Of a DNA stretch of 64,000 nt, positions 1 through 10,900 are shown in pieces; the first letter of the stretch is position 1; every line of letters starts with the position of its first letter. Under the pieces are notes generated by a model that was given only the letters and a program-made list of their open reading frames with translations, did no database searches and was not told where the DNA came from. The stretch is from an uncultured delta proteobacterium. GTDB lineage: Bacteria > Myxococcota_A > UBA9160 > SMWR01. The stretch covers positions 544,001-608,000 of the forward strand of contig CAWHTE010000007.1 in NCBI GenBank assembly GCA_963832165.1, read 5' to 3'. The position numbers and the translations under genes are program-made.

Positions 1-605
1 TCGCTCACCTGGACCAGCTGGCAGATCGGCACGGCGCGCGCGATCAGTTCGCGCAGCCCGGCCTCCGGCCAGCAGGAATAGAGGTCCATGCAGATGCCGA
101 TACCGGCCATCTCCGCGAGCGTCAGCGTGTCGGCGCAGGCCGTGCGCGATGTGGATATCGGCGTAGAGCGGGGAAGCGTTCTCGATGGCAGCGCGACTCC
201 CACCGCGCGCGCCGCCTCGACACAGGGCGCGACCGCGGCGGCAGAAGCGCTCGGCCGCGTCGTTCCCAGCGCGAGCGTCCCGTGCCCGCCGGTCAGCATG
301 TAGATCGAGCGGCGCGCCCAGCTCGGCCGTGATGCCGATCAGCCGCAACAGCGCCTCGCGCGGCGCTTGCCAGTCCGCCGGCGCAGGGCTGAGCGCCGTC
401 CCGACGTGAAGATGTGGCACACGGTCTCGACCCGGTAGTCGCCGCTGGCCAGCGCCGCCTGCGCCTGCGCCAGTCCGCCCTCGGCGAGCAGCGACGGGCT
501 GATCAGGGTGACGCGGCGCGTGCCGAGCGCTCGCCAGTGTCCGGCAAGCTCGGTGAAGCTGGCGCCGAGGAAGCAGACATGGTGGATCGAGATCCGCTCG
601 TGCAT
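1..605 (-). CDS. Sugar phosphate isomerase/epimerase family (xylose isomerase-like TIM barrel); frameshifted and runs off the window start
   Basis: N-terminus MHERISIHHVCF is in ORF 339..605. Other frames continue with ..MLTGGHG..LAIENASPLYADIHIAH..GICMDL..LVQVS, typical of this TIM-barrel family. Confidence 0.65.
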
Positions 606-631
606 CTGCGCTCTCTCACCCTCGAAGCGGT

Positions 632-1804
632 CTACTTCCGCTTCTCGATCTCCAGCCCGAAGCGCTCGCGATAGGGCGCGAACTCCTCGTGCAGCGCGTC
701 GATGTCCTCGCCGATGAGCTCGGTCGAGTAGACGAACTTGCCGTAGCGGTCGCCCTTGTTGTTCGCGAGATAGTCGCGCATCGCCGCCTCCGTCTCCGCG
801 CTCAGGGCACGCCGGCGAAGGCGTAGAAGCCGCGGATCGTTCCGACCGGATCGGCGACGAAATCCGGGTAGCGCACGTGATGGATGCGCGGATCGTCGAG
901 CAGCGGATTGGCCAGCGTGGACTGGAAGCTCGCTCGCGGACGCAGCGAGGTGCATCTTCGCCTGCTCGGCCCAGTCGACGTGCCGGTCAGGCCTTCCGTG
1001 AGGTCGCCCATCATCTTGATGCGCGAGGCGATCGACCTGCACCGGATCGCGATGCACCCAGATGACGCTGGCGTCCGGATAGGCCTCGAAGAAGGCCTCC
1101 AACCGGGGCCGTGGAAGCCCTTGCAGCACCCAGTAATTCTTCGGCCGCCGGTACTGGCAGTGCTGGAGCATCATCTTGTGCGATGCGGTACTGCGCCGCG
1201 AGCATCGACCGGCAGCCGGCCGATGCTCATGCCCATCGGCACGCGCCACCAGGCGGTGGGCGTCATCACGCGAAAGTCGAAGGCCCAGGTCCGCTCGTCC
1301 TCGGGCAGGCCGTCGCCGAGCATGTCGTTGTAGGGATGGCTGATGCAGCCACTTGGGCAAGCGCTCGCAGGATCTCGCGCCAGTTGGCATCGGCCTGTGC
1401 GCGACGCGGGTCGTCCGGCGCGGCAAGGCCCGGCGGCGGCGACGGGTACATGACCTCCCAGAAGCGCAGCGCCCGCGCATCGGGGTCGACCGACAGCAGC
1501 GCGTGCAGCAGCGTCGTGCCCGAGCGCGGCTCGCCGGTCGCGAACAGCGGCTTCACGATCCGCTCGGCTCCAGCGCGTAGCGCTTGTGGTCGTCGAAGAA
1601 TTGCAGCCGCGAGGTCAGCAGCCAGTGGCAGACCTCGGCGGCCTTGCGCTGGCCCGCCTCGTCCATCCCGGCGCCGCGCAGCTGCTCCACCGCCTGAGCG
1701 AAGCGCGCGACGAAGGTCGCGTCGCCGAAGTCGCCAAGGCCCGTCTCGGCTTCCGCCGCGGCGAGCAGCGCCCGCGCGTCCAGGATCCCCGGCGCCACGC
1801 TCAT
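632..1804 (-). CDS. Sulfotransferase family protein, several frameshifts
   Basis: ATG at 1804 overlaps the upstream TGA. Has the 5'-PSB motif PLFATGEPRSGTTLLH, YPDASVIWVHRDP, HVRYPDFVADP and the C-terminus FAPYRERFG, spread over ORFs 1553..3283, 1266..1556, 802..1014 and 632..1480. Confidence 0.8.
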
Positions 1805-2973
1805 GCCCCGACCAGCCGCATCAATTCGTCTTCGGCCTCGCGCACCTTCTGCGGCGAGCGCGCTGCGTAGGCGAGGCCGGCCATGCCGCCGTAGTCGAGG
1901 ATCTTCGGCACCCGCAGGCCCGCGTCGCAAAAGCCCTTGACCGTGCGCGCGACCTGGCTGGGCGTACCGTGGGGCACGATATCGAGGATCGACTGCACGT
2001 CGACCTTCTCGAGCATGGCGAGGATCCTCTCGCGGGTCAGGACGCCGGGTCGATGTCCTGATAGCCGCGCCACTCGTCGCCGAGTCGGATGTCGATAGCC
2101 GAACTGGCGCATGACCGCGGCCGGGATCTGCAGCACGTAGCGCCTTGACCAGCGGCGCTTCCAGGATCTCCGCCAGCTCGGCATCGTCGCCGATCAGGCA
2201 GGTGATGATGAAGGCGGGCACGATCGCCATCGGATCGCGCCCGGCGCGCTCGGCGGAGTCGCGGACGAGCTTCAGCTTGGCGGCATAGTCCTCGGGCGTC
2301 CAGGCGCCCGCCGGCCACCAGCCGTCGGCGTAGCGGCCGGTGATCTCGAGCATCCGCGGACCGCTCGCGCCGATCCAGATCTGCGGGAAGCGGCCCTCGT
2401 AGGGCTCGGTGTCCATCCGCGCGTGCTGCAGGCTGAAGAACTGCCTTCGAAATCGACCGGTCCGTCGCTCTCCCAGAGCAGGCGGATGACCTTCAGCGCT
2501 TCCTCGAAGCGGCCGACCGGCTTCGAGAAGTCGAAGCCGTAGGGGACGCGTGTTCTCGGTCTCGCCGCTGCCGAGGCCGAGGATGAAGCGCCCGCGCGAG
2601 AGATGGTCGAGGGTCAGCGCGGACTGCGCCAGCATCGCCGGGTGGCGGCGAACCGTGTCGACCACGCTGGTCGCGATCGGCACGTTCTTCGTCAGCACCG
2701 CCGCCGCGCCGGCGACGGCCATCGCGTCGAGGTGGCGATGCGGCGAGGGCGAGGTGGTCGCGAGATCGGTGAACTCCGGCGTCCAGATCGAGTCGGGCCA
2801 GAAGCTGACCATGTGATCCGGCAGCCAGATCGAGTGGTAGCGACCGCTATCGAGCGTTTCGAGCTGCGAAATGCCCAGCGGCAGGGTGGTGCGCAGGAAC
2901 GCAGCGGGTTGAACCTTCGTGGCGCGTCTCCGGTCAGGGGGGCGATTGTTGCCGACCGGGCTGCGGACGTCAT
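1801..2973 (-). CDS. LLM-class flavin/F420-dependent oxidoreductase, frameshifted
   Basis: SIWLPDH, LTLDHLSRGRFILGLGSGE and IWIGASGPRMLEITGRYADGW motifs; C-terminus is in ORF 1801..2184. Confidence 0.8.
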
Positions 2974-3041
2974 CGGGCCGGGCGCTTTTTCCTATCCCGT
3001 GAGGTTCGAGTCTGGAGAGCCCACGCCTAACGTCTGGCGCT

Positions 3042-3792
3042 TCACTCCGGGTACTCGTCTTTGCGGTAGCTGAGCGGCTCCTCGGGCTGGGGCCTGGGTG
3101 TTCGATCGAGCAGGAAGCTGAAGAACGGAGCGACGAACGGGTCCGGTGCCTGCACCGTGTAGGTGTGGTAGACGGTCCCGTTCTCGCGTGCGAATGCGAT
3201 GTAGCTCGGCGCCTCGCGCAGGCCGTCCTTGAGCTCTGCGCCAACCTGCTTTGACCAGAACTGCAGCCATTCGGGCGGGTCATCGATCATCTTCTTGACT
3301 TCGGGACTCTGCTCCGCCTGCTCCTCGGTCATCGCAAGCCCGAAATCGGAATGGGAAATCGCTTCTGTAGGTCGACACGTACGGGAACTGCCAGCCCATC
3401 CGCTTCCTGTAGGCCGCAAGCCTGTCGCTCGGCGCGCGCGAGAAACAGATGAAGGTGACATCGCAGTGGTTGAGGTGGATCAGCTGCCCGTCGAACCCGT
3501 CGGCCACGCTCGTACACCCCGGGCATGCCCCGACCTGGTAGTCGGGCCCGTACATGATGTTGTAGGCGAGCAGCTGCGAACGGCCGTCGAACAGCTGGGC
3601 GAGGCTCTTCCTGCCGTTCTCGGTATCGAACTCGTACTCCTTCTCGACCGGCACCCAGGGAAGCTCACGCCGCTTGCGCTTGATCTCTTCATTTCGCTCC
3701 GCCTGCTCGCCCTCGAGCTTCGCGAGCTCCGCCCGCGCCGCCTCCCATTCCTTGCGTGTTCCTATCTTGTACTCAGCCTTGTACTCAGCCAT
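3042..3792 (-). CDS. DUF899 family thioredoxin-like protein, one frameshift near 3355
   Basis: RRELPWVPVEKEYEF, SLAQLFDGRSQL, CPGCT, MGWQFPYVS in ORF 3280..3879; VYHTY and LLDRTP in ORF 3042..3461; GGAGG-like RBS upstream of ATG 3792. Confidence 0.85.
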
Positions 3793-3957
3793 CGCCAGAT
3801 CCTCCTCGTCCGACACACTCGTCCCAGACAGCGATAGCACCTTCGGCGGACCGTCATTCCGGCATTGCGGATCTTCCACGCACGGGTAATTCGTAGAATC
3901 GGCAGCGCGATCCGCGGATTCGTGACCGGTTCAGCGCCTGCCGGCTCCGAAGGCTCG

Positions 3958-3973
3958 TGGCACGAACTATGCA
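3958..3973 (+). promoter_or_regulatory. Sigma-54 (-24/-12) promoter candidate for the DUF928 gene
   Basis: TGGCACGAACTATGCA: GG-N10-GC spacing, one mismatch to TGGCACG-N4-TTGCW; intergenic, about 80 nt upstream of GTG 4051. Confidence 0.6.
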
Positions 3974-4050
3974 GCTTGGATCTAGCTGCTCTTTCGGTGA
4001 GAGCGCGCCCCATTTTGGTCCATGCGACCGACAGAACGCGAGGTGATTGC

Positions 4051-5287
4051 GTGAGCACGCGTACAGTGGAAGACGAGGGATCGCTCCAGGAGAATTCGAG
4101 CGATCGGGTGGCGCGTTATGCGGACGATTCCGATTCCCCGAGATCGGTGCGCAGCGATGTCCTCGAGCCTCGCATGCGCTATCAGGGATTCCAGCCGCGC
4201 CGCGATCGGCAGCTCCAGTGGGGGCCCGTGCTCGTGGCTGTGGTAGCCGGCTTCTTGATCGCGATCATGTTCGGTCCGCGGCGGAGCACCGATCCGGTGG
4301 GGGAGGAAGAGCTCGCGAGCTTGCAATCCGAGCTGCAGAGCGCGCGGGAGCGCACCGGTCAGCTCGAGTCCGAGCTGTCCGCGGCAGTGAAAGTGTCGGC
4401 AAGGCCGACGCACCCGAGCGCCGCGCAGAGGCCGACGCTGCTGAACCCGACGCGATGGCCGACGCGGACGAATCCGGCGCGAAGGCCGCCGCTCCCGAAC
4501 GCGACGCGTCCGAACCCGAACCGGAGGCCGCACCGGCGCCGAAGCGGGAGGGTCGTACGGAGATGACCCCCGAGGAGGTCCTGGCGCGCAAAGAGCCGGT
4601 CGTGAACACAGAAGCGGCGAAGGAAACCCAGTCGGCGGCAGCGGCGACTGCGACTGCCGATCTCGAATCCATCCGCGGAGCCGCCGCGAGCCACCCGTCC
4701 GGGTCGCGCTCGCGGAGCCGCAGAAGCTTGCGGAGGTCTCGGTCTTCGACTCCCCCGATTCGGCCGGCCCGGTCGTCCGAGCGACCTCGCAATCGGGCTC
4801 TCCGGGCGTTGCGGTACTGCAAGCGCTGGCACCCGAGCGAGCGGGGTGGACGACGGAAGCGCAGCCCACCCTCTATTGGCATGCTTCGGAGGGGTCGCGC
4901 TTCCCCTGCGAATTCAAGCTGATCCGCGAGGGAGAGGACGAGCCGCTCGTGCGGGTCCAGCTCCCGGCGCCCGATGCGGCCGGCATCCAGCGCATCGAGC
5001 TGTCCCAGTTCGGTATCTCGCTCGACGAAGGCACGTCCTATCGGTGGTCGGTTTCGCTCGTCGATCTGGAGCATTCCGGAGAGGACCGCGCGGTCGGCGG
5101 AATCCGGCGTGTGGCGCCTCCCGAGCCCGCGCCCGAAACCCTCGAGGCACTCGAGCGCGCGGGACTCTGGTACGACGCCCTCGGTGTCGTCACACGCTCG
5201 ATCGAACGCAATCCGGGCGCCGAGAACCTCGTCGCGCGGCGCAACGCAATGCTCGAGCGGGTCGGAATCAAGCTGTCGAGCTCGTAA
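4051..5287 (+). CDS. Membrane-anchored DUF928-domain protein, at least two frameshifts
   Basis: GAGG RBS then GTG 4051; TM segment WGPVLVAVVAGFLIAIMF, coiled coil, Ala/Glu/Pro linker; then DUF928-type motifs LAPERAGWTTEAQPTLYW, YRWSVSLV and GLWYDAL. Confidence 0.65.
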
Positions 5288-5349
5288 CCGGAGTCAGCTG
5301 CGCGCCGCCGGGGCGACCGCCTAACGTTCAGCGGCGGCGTTCCATTCGG

Positions 5350-6333
5350 TCACTGCGATTCAGCACTCGGGCACTCAGCCTGGCACCACGCGGGGGGGAG
5401 AAAGTCTATGGTGCAATCCAGGATCGGGTCCGTCGGAGAGCACTGCTCCTTCCAGGTGAAGAAGCACGCGCTCGGGTTGGTCTTGCTGCAATTGTCCTTC
5501 CTGGTGTTGGGCAGTTCCGTACACCCGGGATCACTCGTGATCGGACCGCATGCGTCCCCTCCGAACGAGTTGGTCCTCGAGCAAGCGAGCGAGACGGTAA
5601 TGGTGCCCGTCGTATAGATGCTCCAGTTGGTGAACCAGATATCGAACGACTGCGGAGATTCTGCGAACTCATATCCGATGGAGGTGACTCCACTTCCGCC
5701 TTCCTCCGTGTAGGTGTAGTTCCAGGCGAAGTGATGATCCCCCGTGCAATCGAAGAACATGCGGTTCGTATGCCATCCCCACATGAAGAAACCTTGCTGC
5801 GTCTGGACCTCGCAATTCGGCACGGGTGGGTTGCTGATCGTGCAAGGGTTCTCGGCCTGCGCGGACGTCAATCGACCGTTCGTGCCCGGCGCTCGTTGGG
5901 TGCGCTTCTTCGTCTGCTGCGCATCGGTGCGGGCAAGGACCCGTGTCTTGAGCATCTGTGTGGGCGTGACAGGTTCGCTCGAGCACCCCAGGCTCACCGC
6001 GAACTCTCCAGCGGTGTCGGACTTGTTGATTCCCTCGACGGTCACTGCTCCGGGCTCCGCGGCGACCAGGTCGATTTGCGTGTGTTCATGATGTGCGACG
6101 TCCCAGCCCCAGAGATTGGGGTGCGTGTTCGGGCACTCGAGGCGGGTCGACTGCTTTTGTCCTGCCGGCACCGAAACCGCGGGAAACGTCGTCGAGACGC
6201 AAGCAGAAGCGCCAGCGCATTCGCGATTCGTGGAGGGAACGAACGTCCTGTCCTGGCCGCCATACGAATTCCCCGCCACCAGGACCATCGCGAGCGCCAA
6301 TCCAGCGATCGTCGCCTTCGGATGATTCAGCAT
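5350..6333 (-). CDS. Secreted Cys-rich hypothetical protein (327 aa)
   Basis: GGAGG RBS before ATG 6333; signal peptide MLNHPKATIAGLALAMVLVAGNSYG; 16 Cys; visibly lower GC than the flanks. Confidence 0.75.
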   Translation of the reverse strand: MLNHPKATIAGLALAMVLVAGNSYGGQDRTFVPSTNRECAGASACVSTTFPAVSVPAGQKQSTRLECPNTHPNLWGWDVAHHEHTQIDLVAAEPGAVTVEGINKSDTAGEFAVSLGCSSEPVTPTQMLKTRVLARTDAQQTKKRTQRAPGTNGRLTSAQAENPCTISNPPVPNCEVQTQQGFFMWGWHTNRMFFDCTGDHHFAWNYTYTEEGGSGVTSIGYEFAESPQSFDIWFTNWSIYTTGTITVSLACSRTNSFGGDACGPITSDPGCTELPNTRKDNCSKTNPSACFFTWKEQCSPTDPILDCTIDFLPPAWCQAECPSAESQ

Positions 6334-6589
6334 GTCGCCTCCTATCCAGTGAGAGCTTCGACCGCACTTCTTCAGCGAGAGCGATAGTCGCGATGGGCCC
6401 GCGCCGTTCCATAGTACGCCCGCGTGCTCCACGTTTGTTGAACTAAGCCCGTACCCGGGTCGAATCCTCTAGGTGTACGCCCGTTAGGCCGCGTTTCGCG
6501 CAGGAGAGAGGAGCGCGACGTGGATCGGCCTAGTGCAACTCGATGACCTAACCCCTGGAGGGGCGGTCGAAAGGAAGTAGGCTTCCGAA

Positions 6590-7894
6590 ATGCACCGATT
6601 GGTCCCGTTCGTCATCGCTGCCGCCCTCGCGGCGGCCTGCTCGCCGGATTCGCCGAGCTCCTCGAGTGCGTCGGCAAAGGCTCTCGTGGGCAACACCCTG
6701 GGCGGGGACGCTGCTCTCGGGATCACCGTGCCGGACGCCTACACGGCCTTGTCCCTCTCTCCGATCGCCCGTGGCGCCTTCCCGTTCTTTGGAAGCGACG
6801 GTAAGTACCACGTCGCGTACGACCTTCTCATCCTCAACGTCTCCGCCTTCCCGACGACGCTGGAGAAGCTCGAGATCGTCGATGCTGCGGAACCGACGAA
6901 GGTCCTCGCCTCGTTCTCGGGCGCGAACCTGGTCGACCCGAACTGCGCGTACGGGGACTGCAACCGCCTGCGCCAGGTGTACAGCCAGCAGGTCGAGGAC
7001 AACTCGATTCCCGTCCACGAGAGCCGCCTGTTCTACGTCGACTTCGCCTTCGGCTCGCTCGACATGGCGCCCAAGGCCGTGCTTCACCACGTCTACGGGA
7101 CGGGCAAGAGCATCCTCACCTCTCGGCAGCTAGGACCCTTCGACTACCTGACCACCCCCTTCGACATCTCGGCCGGTACGCCGCGGGTCATCGGCCCGCC
7201 GCTCGAGGGCACCAACTGGGTGGCGCTCAACGGCTGCTGCCTGCCGGGATTCCCGCACCGCAACGCCATCCTTCCGGCCAACGGTGTCGTCGGCAACAGC
7301 CAGACGTTCGCCATCGACTGGAAGCGGGCGAACGACGAGGGTGCGTTCTACACCGGCGACAATACGAAGAACGAGAGCTTCGTCGACTACGGGGAACCCG
7401 TGTTCGCGGTCGCAGACGCAACCGTGACGGGCGTCCTCGACGGCGTGGAGGCGAACGCACCGGGCGTCCAGCCGACGCAGGATCCGGTGACCGCGGCGAA
7501 GATCACGCTCGAGAACATCGATGGGAACCACGTCATCCTCGACCTGGGTGGCGGCGTCTTTGCCATGTACGCGCACTTCCAGAAGGGTTCGATCAAGGTG
7601 AAGGTGGGCGACAAGGTGAAGAAGGGCGACCAGCTCGCCCTGCTCGGCAACACCGGCAACGCGAACGCGTCGCACCTCCACTTCCAGCTGATGGACGGGC
7701 CCAACATCCTCACCGCAAACGGCCTGCCCTACGTGTTCGACAGCTACACGTATCGAGGTCAGCTGCCCTTGCAGCAGGTGCTCGGCGCCGACGACTTCCT
7801 GTCCGGCAACTTCTTCGACGAGCGGCTTGCGACCGGTGAGCCGCGCAAGAATCAGCGTCCGCTCAACCTCGACATCATCGACTTCGCGAATTGA
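6590..7894 (+). CDS. M23-family metallopeptidase lipoprotein
   Basis: Lipobox LAAAC; FAIDW, GEPVFAVADATV, GNHVIL, MYAHFQ, VKVGDKVKKGD and GNTGNA..HLHFQ. Confidence 0.85.
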   Translation: MHRLVPFVIAAALAAACSPDSPSSSSASAKALVGNTLGGDAALGITVPDAYTALSLSPIARGAFPFFGSDGKYHVAYDLLILNVSAFPTTLEKLEIVDAAEPTKVLASFSGANLVDPNCAYGDCNRLRQVYSQQVEDNSIPVHESRLFYVDFAFGSLDMAPKAVLHHVYGTGKSILTSRQLGPFDYLTTPFDISAGTPRVIGPPLEGTNWVALNGCCLPGFPHRNAILPANGVVGNSQTFAIDWKRANDEGAFYTGDNTKNESFVDYGEPVFAVADATVTGVLDGVEANAPGVQPTQDPVTAAKITLENIDGNHVILDLGGGVFAMYAHFQKGSIKVKVGDKVKKGDQLALLGNTGNANASHLHFQLMDGPNILTANGLPYVFDSYTYRGQLPLQQVLGADDFLSGNFFDERLATGEPRKNQRPLNLDIIDFAN

Positions 7895-7925
7895 ACGCTC
7901 TCGGGCGTTCCAGTCCTACGGACCC

Positions 7926-10900
7926 TTACGGCCCGAACTTGATGTCCCCGTTGTCGAACGTACCGGCCACCACGTCGACCACCGCGAACTTGGTCGCATC
8001 GGCGAGCGAGCCGCCGTTGGCGTCGTAGAACAGCCCGCCCGTCGACGAATCGAACACGATGTTCACGGAGGCGCCTACCGACAGGGCACTCACATCTCCG
8101 CTGCCACTGGTGTTGACGCTCGCGTAGTCGGCGGCGGCTAGCGTACCCGAGCCGCTGCCGATGCCCGCGAACACCGATGTGGAGAGGAACACGGTGTCGG
8201 CATTCGGGTTGCCGTTCTGGGCGTTGAAGTCGTTGATCGTGTCGACGTTGGTCGTGGCGTTCAGCGGTGTGTCGAAGAAGAACGTGTCGGTGCCGTTCAT
8301 CCCGTCCAGGTAGTCGTTGCCGTCACCGCCGTGGATCAGGTCGGTGCCCGACTGGCCGTACACCGTGTCGTCTCCGGAGCCGGAGAAGATCGTGTCGTTG
8401 CCCGCGGCCAGGAACACGAGGTCGTCGGGTGTCGAGCCGAGGTTGATCGTCTCGCCCCCGGTGGTTCCGGTCACGACCCGGAACAGCTGCGTGAGGCTTC
8501 CGCCACCGTCGGTGGCGGTCGTGTTCAGCTCGTAGATGCGGCCCTCCTGGATGCCGTTAGGGCCGGTCACGCCCGAGACCAGACCGGACGAACTGACCGT
8601 GATGTCGGCCGTCGCGTCGGACTGCGTCGTGCCGGCCAGATCCTTCTCGACCAGTGTCGCGCTGAACGTCACCGCGCCGGCGGCGCCGACCGCGCTGAAC
8701 TGACCGAGCGAGCCGGCGGGAACGTTGGTCTGACCCGGCGTGAAGCCCGTCAGCACGATGTCGGTCGGGCCGTCGGCGCTGCCGTTGATAGTCACGGTCA
8801 CCTGCTGCGTGTCGTCGCCGCCATGGCCGTCCGAGGACGAGATCGAGTAGTTCAGCACCAGCGATTCGCCGGAGTTCAGGTAGTTGAAGGCCTGCGCGCC
8901 CGAATCGAACGTCCAGGTCAGGTTGTGGGCGTCGCCGCTGTCGGCCGGAAGTCCCGACGTGGGCGCGACGGTCATCATCGCGAGCAGCTGCGCGTTCGTC
9001 AGACCGAGCCCGGCCGTGGCGCCGGAGGCCACCACCGAGCTCACCGCCGAGCCGATCACGTCGGTCGTGTCGACGTCGGTGACCGTCAGCGTGTCGCTGG
9101 CGGTCAGTCCGGCGTTCGTCTCCGTGAGCGTCGCGGCGGCGCCGTCGGTCGTGACGATGCGCAGGTCAGGTGCGTCGTTCGTGCCCGTGATCGTCACGGA
9201 CACGGTGCGGGCGACGTTTCCACCTTGCCCGTCGCTCAGGTCGAAGGTGAACGTCTCGATCTTCGTCTCGCCCGCCGCGAGGAACTCCACCGCCGAGGCC
9301 GCGACGCTGTAGTTCCAGGTGATCACGCCACCGGTGCCGTTCACATCGCTGGCCTGCGTGGTCACGCTGGCCGTGAGCGCACCCAGCGCGCCCGCGCTGG
9401 GCGTCACGGGACCGACGCTGTGCACGTCGAGCAGGTCCACGTCGCTGAAGGCGATCGTGCCGGTGTCGGTGAGATCGCCCGCCGGAGTCGTCAGCTCGGT
9501 CACACCACCGGTCACGTCGATGGCCGCCACGATGGGTGCGTCGTTGCTGCCGGTAATGGTGATCCGCACCGTGGCGGAGTCGGACAGGGGTGTGCCCGCG
9601 TCATCGGTCACGGTGACCGTGAACTCCTCGACCCGGGTCTCGCCTTCGGCCAGGTACGCGACATCGGCGGCGTTGACGGAGTACGTGTAGCTGACCGTGC
9701 CGTCGCCGGCGTCCGTGGCCGGGTCCGAGATGGTCAGTGTGCTGAGCGTCCCGAAGGTCGTGCCGACCGGCGTGAAGCCGACGGTGTGGGCGTCGGTGAG
9801 GTCGGCATCGTCGAAGCTGAAGCTGTCGCTGGTGGTCAGGATGCCCGTGTCGGCATTCGAGCCGGCCTCGGTGACTCCGGCGTTGAACAGTGTCCCCGCG
9901 ATGACGGGCGCGTCGTTGGTGCCCGTGATGGTGATCCGCACCGTCGCGCTGTCGGAGAGCGGCGTGCCCGCGTCGTCGGTCACGGTGACCGTGAACTCCT
10001 CGATCCGGGTCTCGCCCTCGGCCAGGTACGCGACATCGGCGGCGTTGACGGAGTACGTGTAGCTGACTGTCCCATCGCCAGCGCCGGTGGCGGCGTCCGT
10101 GATCGAGAGCGCGGAGAGGGTCCCGAAGGTCATGCCGACCGGCGTGAAGCCGACGGTGTGGGCGTCGGTGAGGTCGGCATCGTCGAAGCTGAAGCTGTCG
10201 CTGGTGGTCAGGGTGCCCGTGTCGACATTCGACCCGGCCTCGGTGACTCCGGCGTCGAACAACGTCCCTGCGATCACCGGGGCATCGTTGGTGCCCGTGA
10301 TGGTGATGCGGACCGTCGCGCTGTCGGAGAGCGGCGTGCCCGCGTCGTCAGTCACCGTGACCGTGAACTCCTCGACCCGGGTCTCGCCCTCGGCGAGGTA
10401 GGCGACGTCAGCCTCGTTCACGCTGTAGGTGAAGCTGACGGTGCCGTCGCCGAGGCCCGTGGCGGCGTCGCTGATCGAGAGCGCGGAGAGGGTCCCGAAG
10501 GTCATGCCGACCGGCGTGAAGCCGACGGTGTGGGCGTCGGTGAGGTCGGCATCGTCGAAGCTGAAGCTGTCGCTGGTGGTCAGGGTGCCCGTGTCGACAT
10601 TCGACCCGGCCTCGTTGACTCCGGCGTCGAACAACGTCCCTGCGATCACCGGGGCATCGTTGGTGCCCGTGATGGTGATGCGGACCGTCGCGCTGTCGGA
10701 GAGCGGCGTGCCCGCGTCGTCGGTCACCGTGACCGTGAACTCCTCGACCCGGGTCTCGCCTTCGGCCAGGTACGCGACGTCAGCCGCGTTGACGGAGTAC
10801 GTGTAGCTGACTGTCCCATCGCCAGCGCCGGTGGCGGGGTCCGTGATCGAGAGCGCGGAGAGGGTCCCGAAGGTCGTGCCGACCGGCGTGAAGCCGACGG

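Noticed and set aside
3766..3789. 12-bp tandem duplication (AEYKAEYK) at the DUF899 N-terminus
   Set aside because: Two copies only and in-frame; no evidence of phase variation.
1..5287. Cluster of frameshifted genes as true pseudogenes or programmed frameshifts (also 30360, 32630, 40488-42736, 45990, 56510)
   Set aside because: The fragments keep intact motifs and normal codon bias, with 1-base indels and no other sign of decay. This is typical of long-read consensus error; read-level data are needed to decide.
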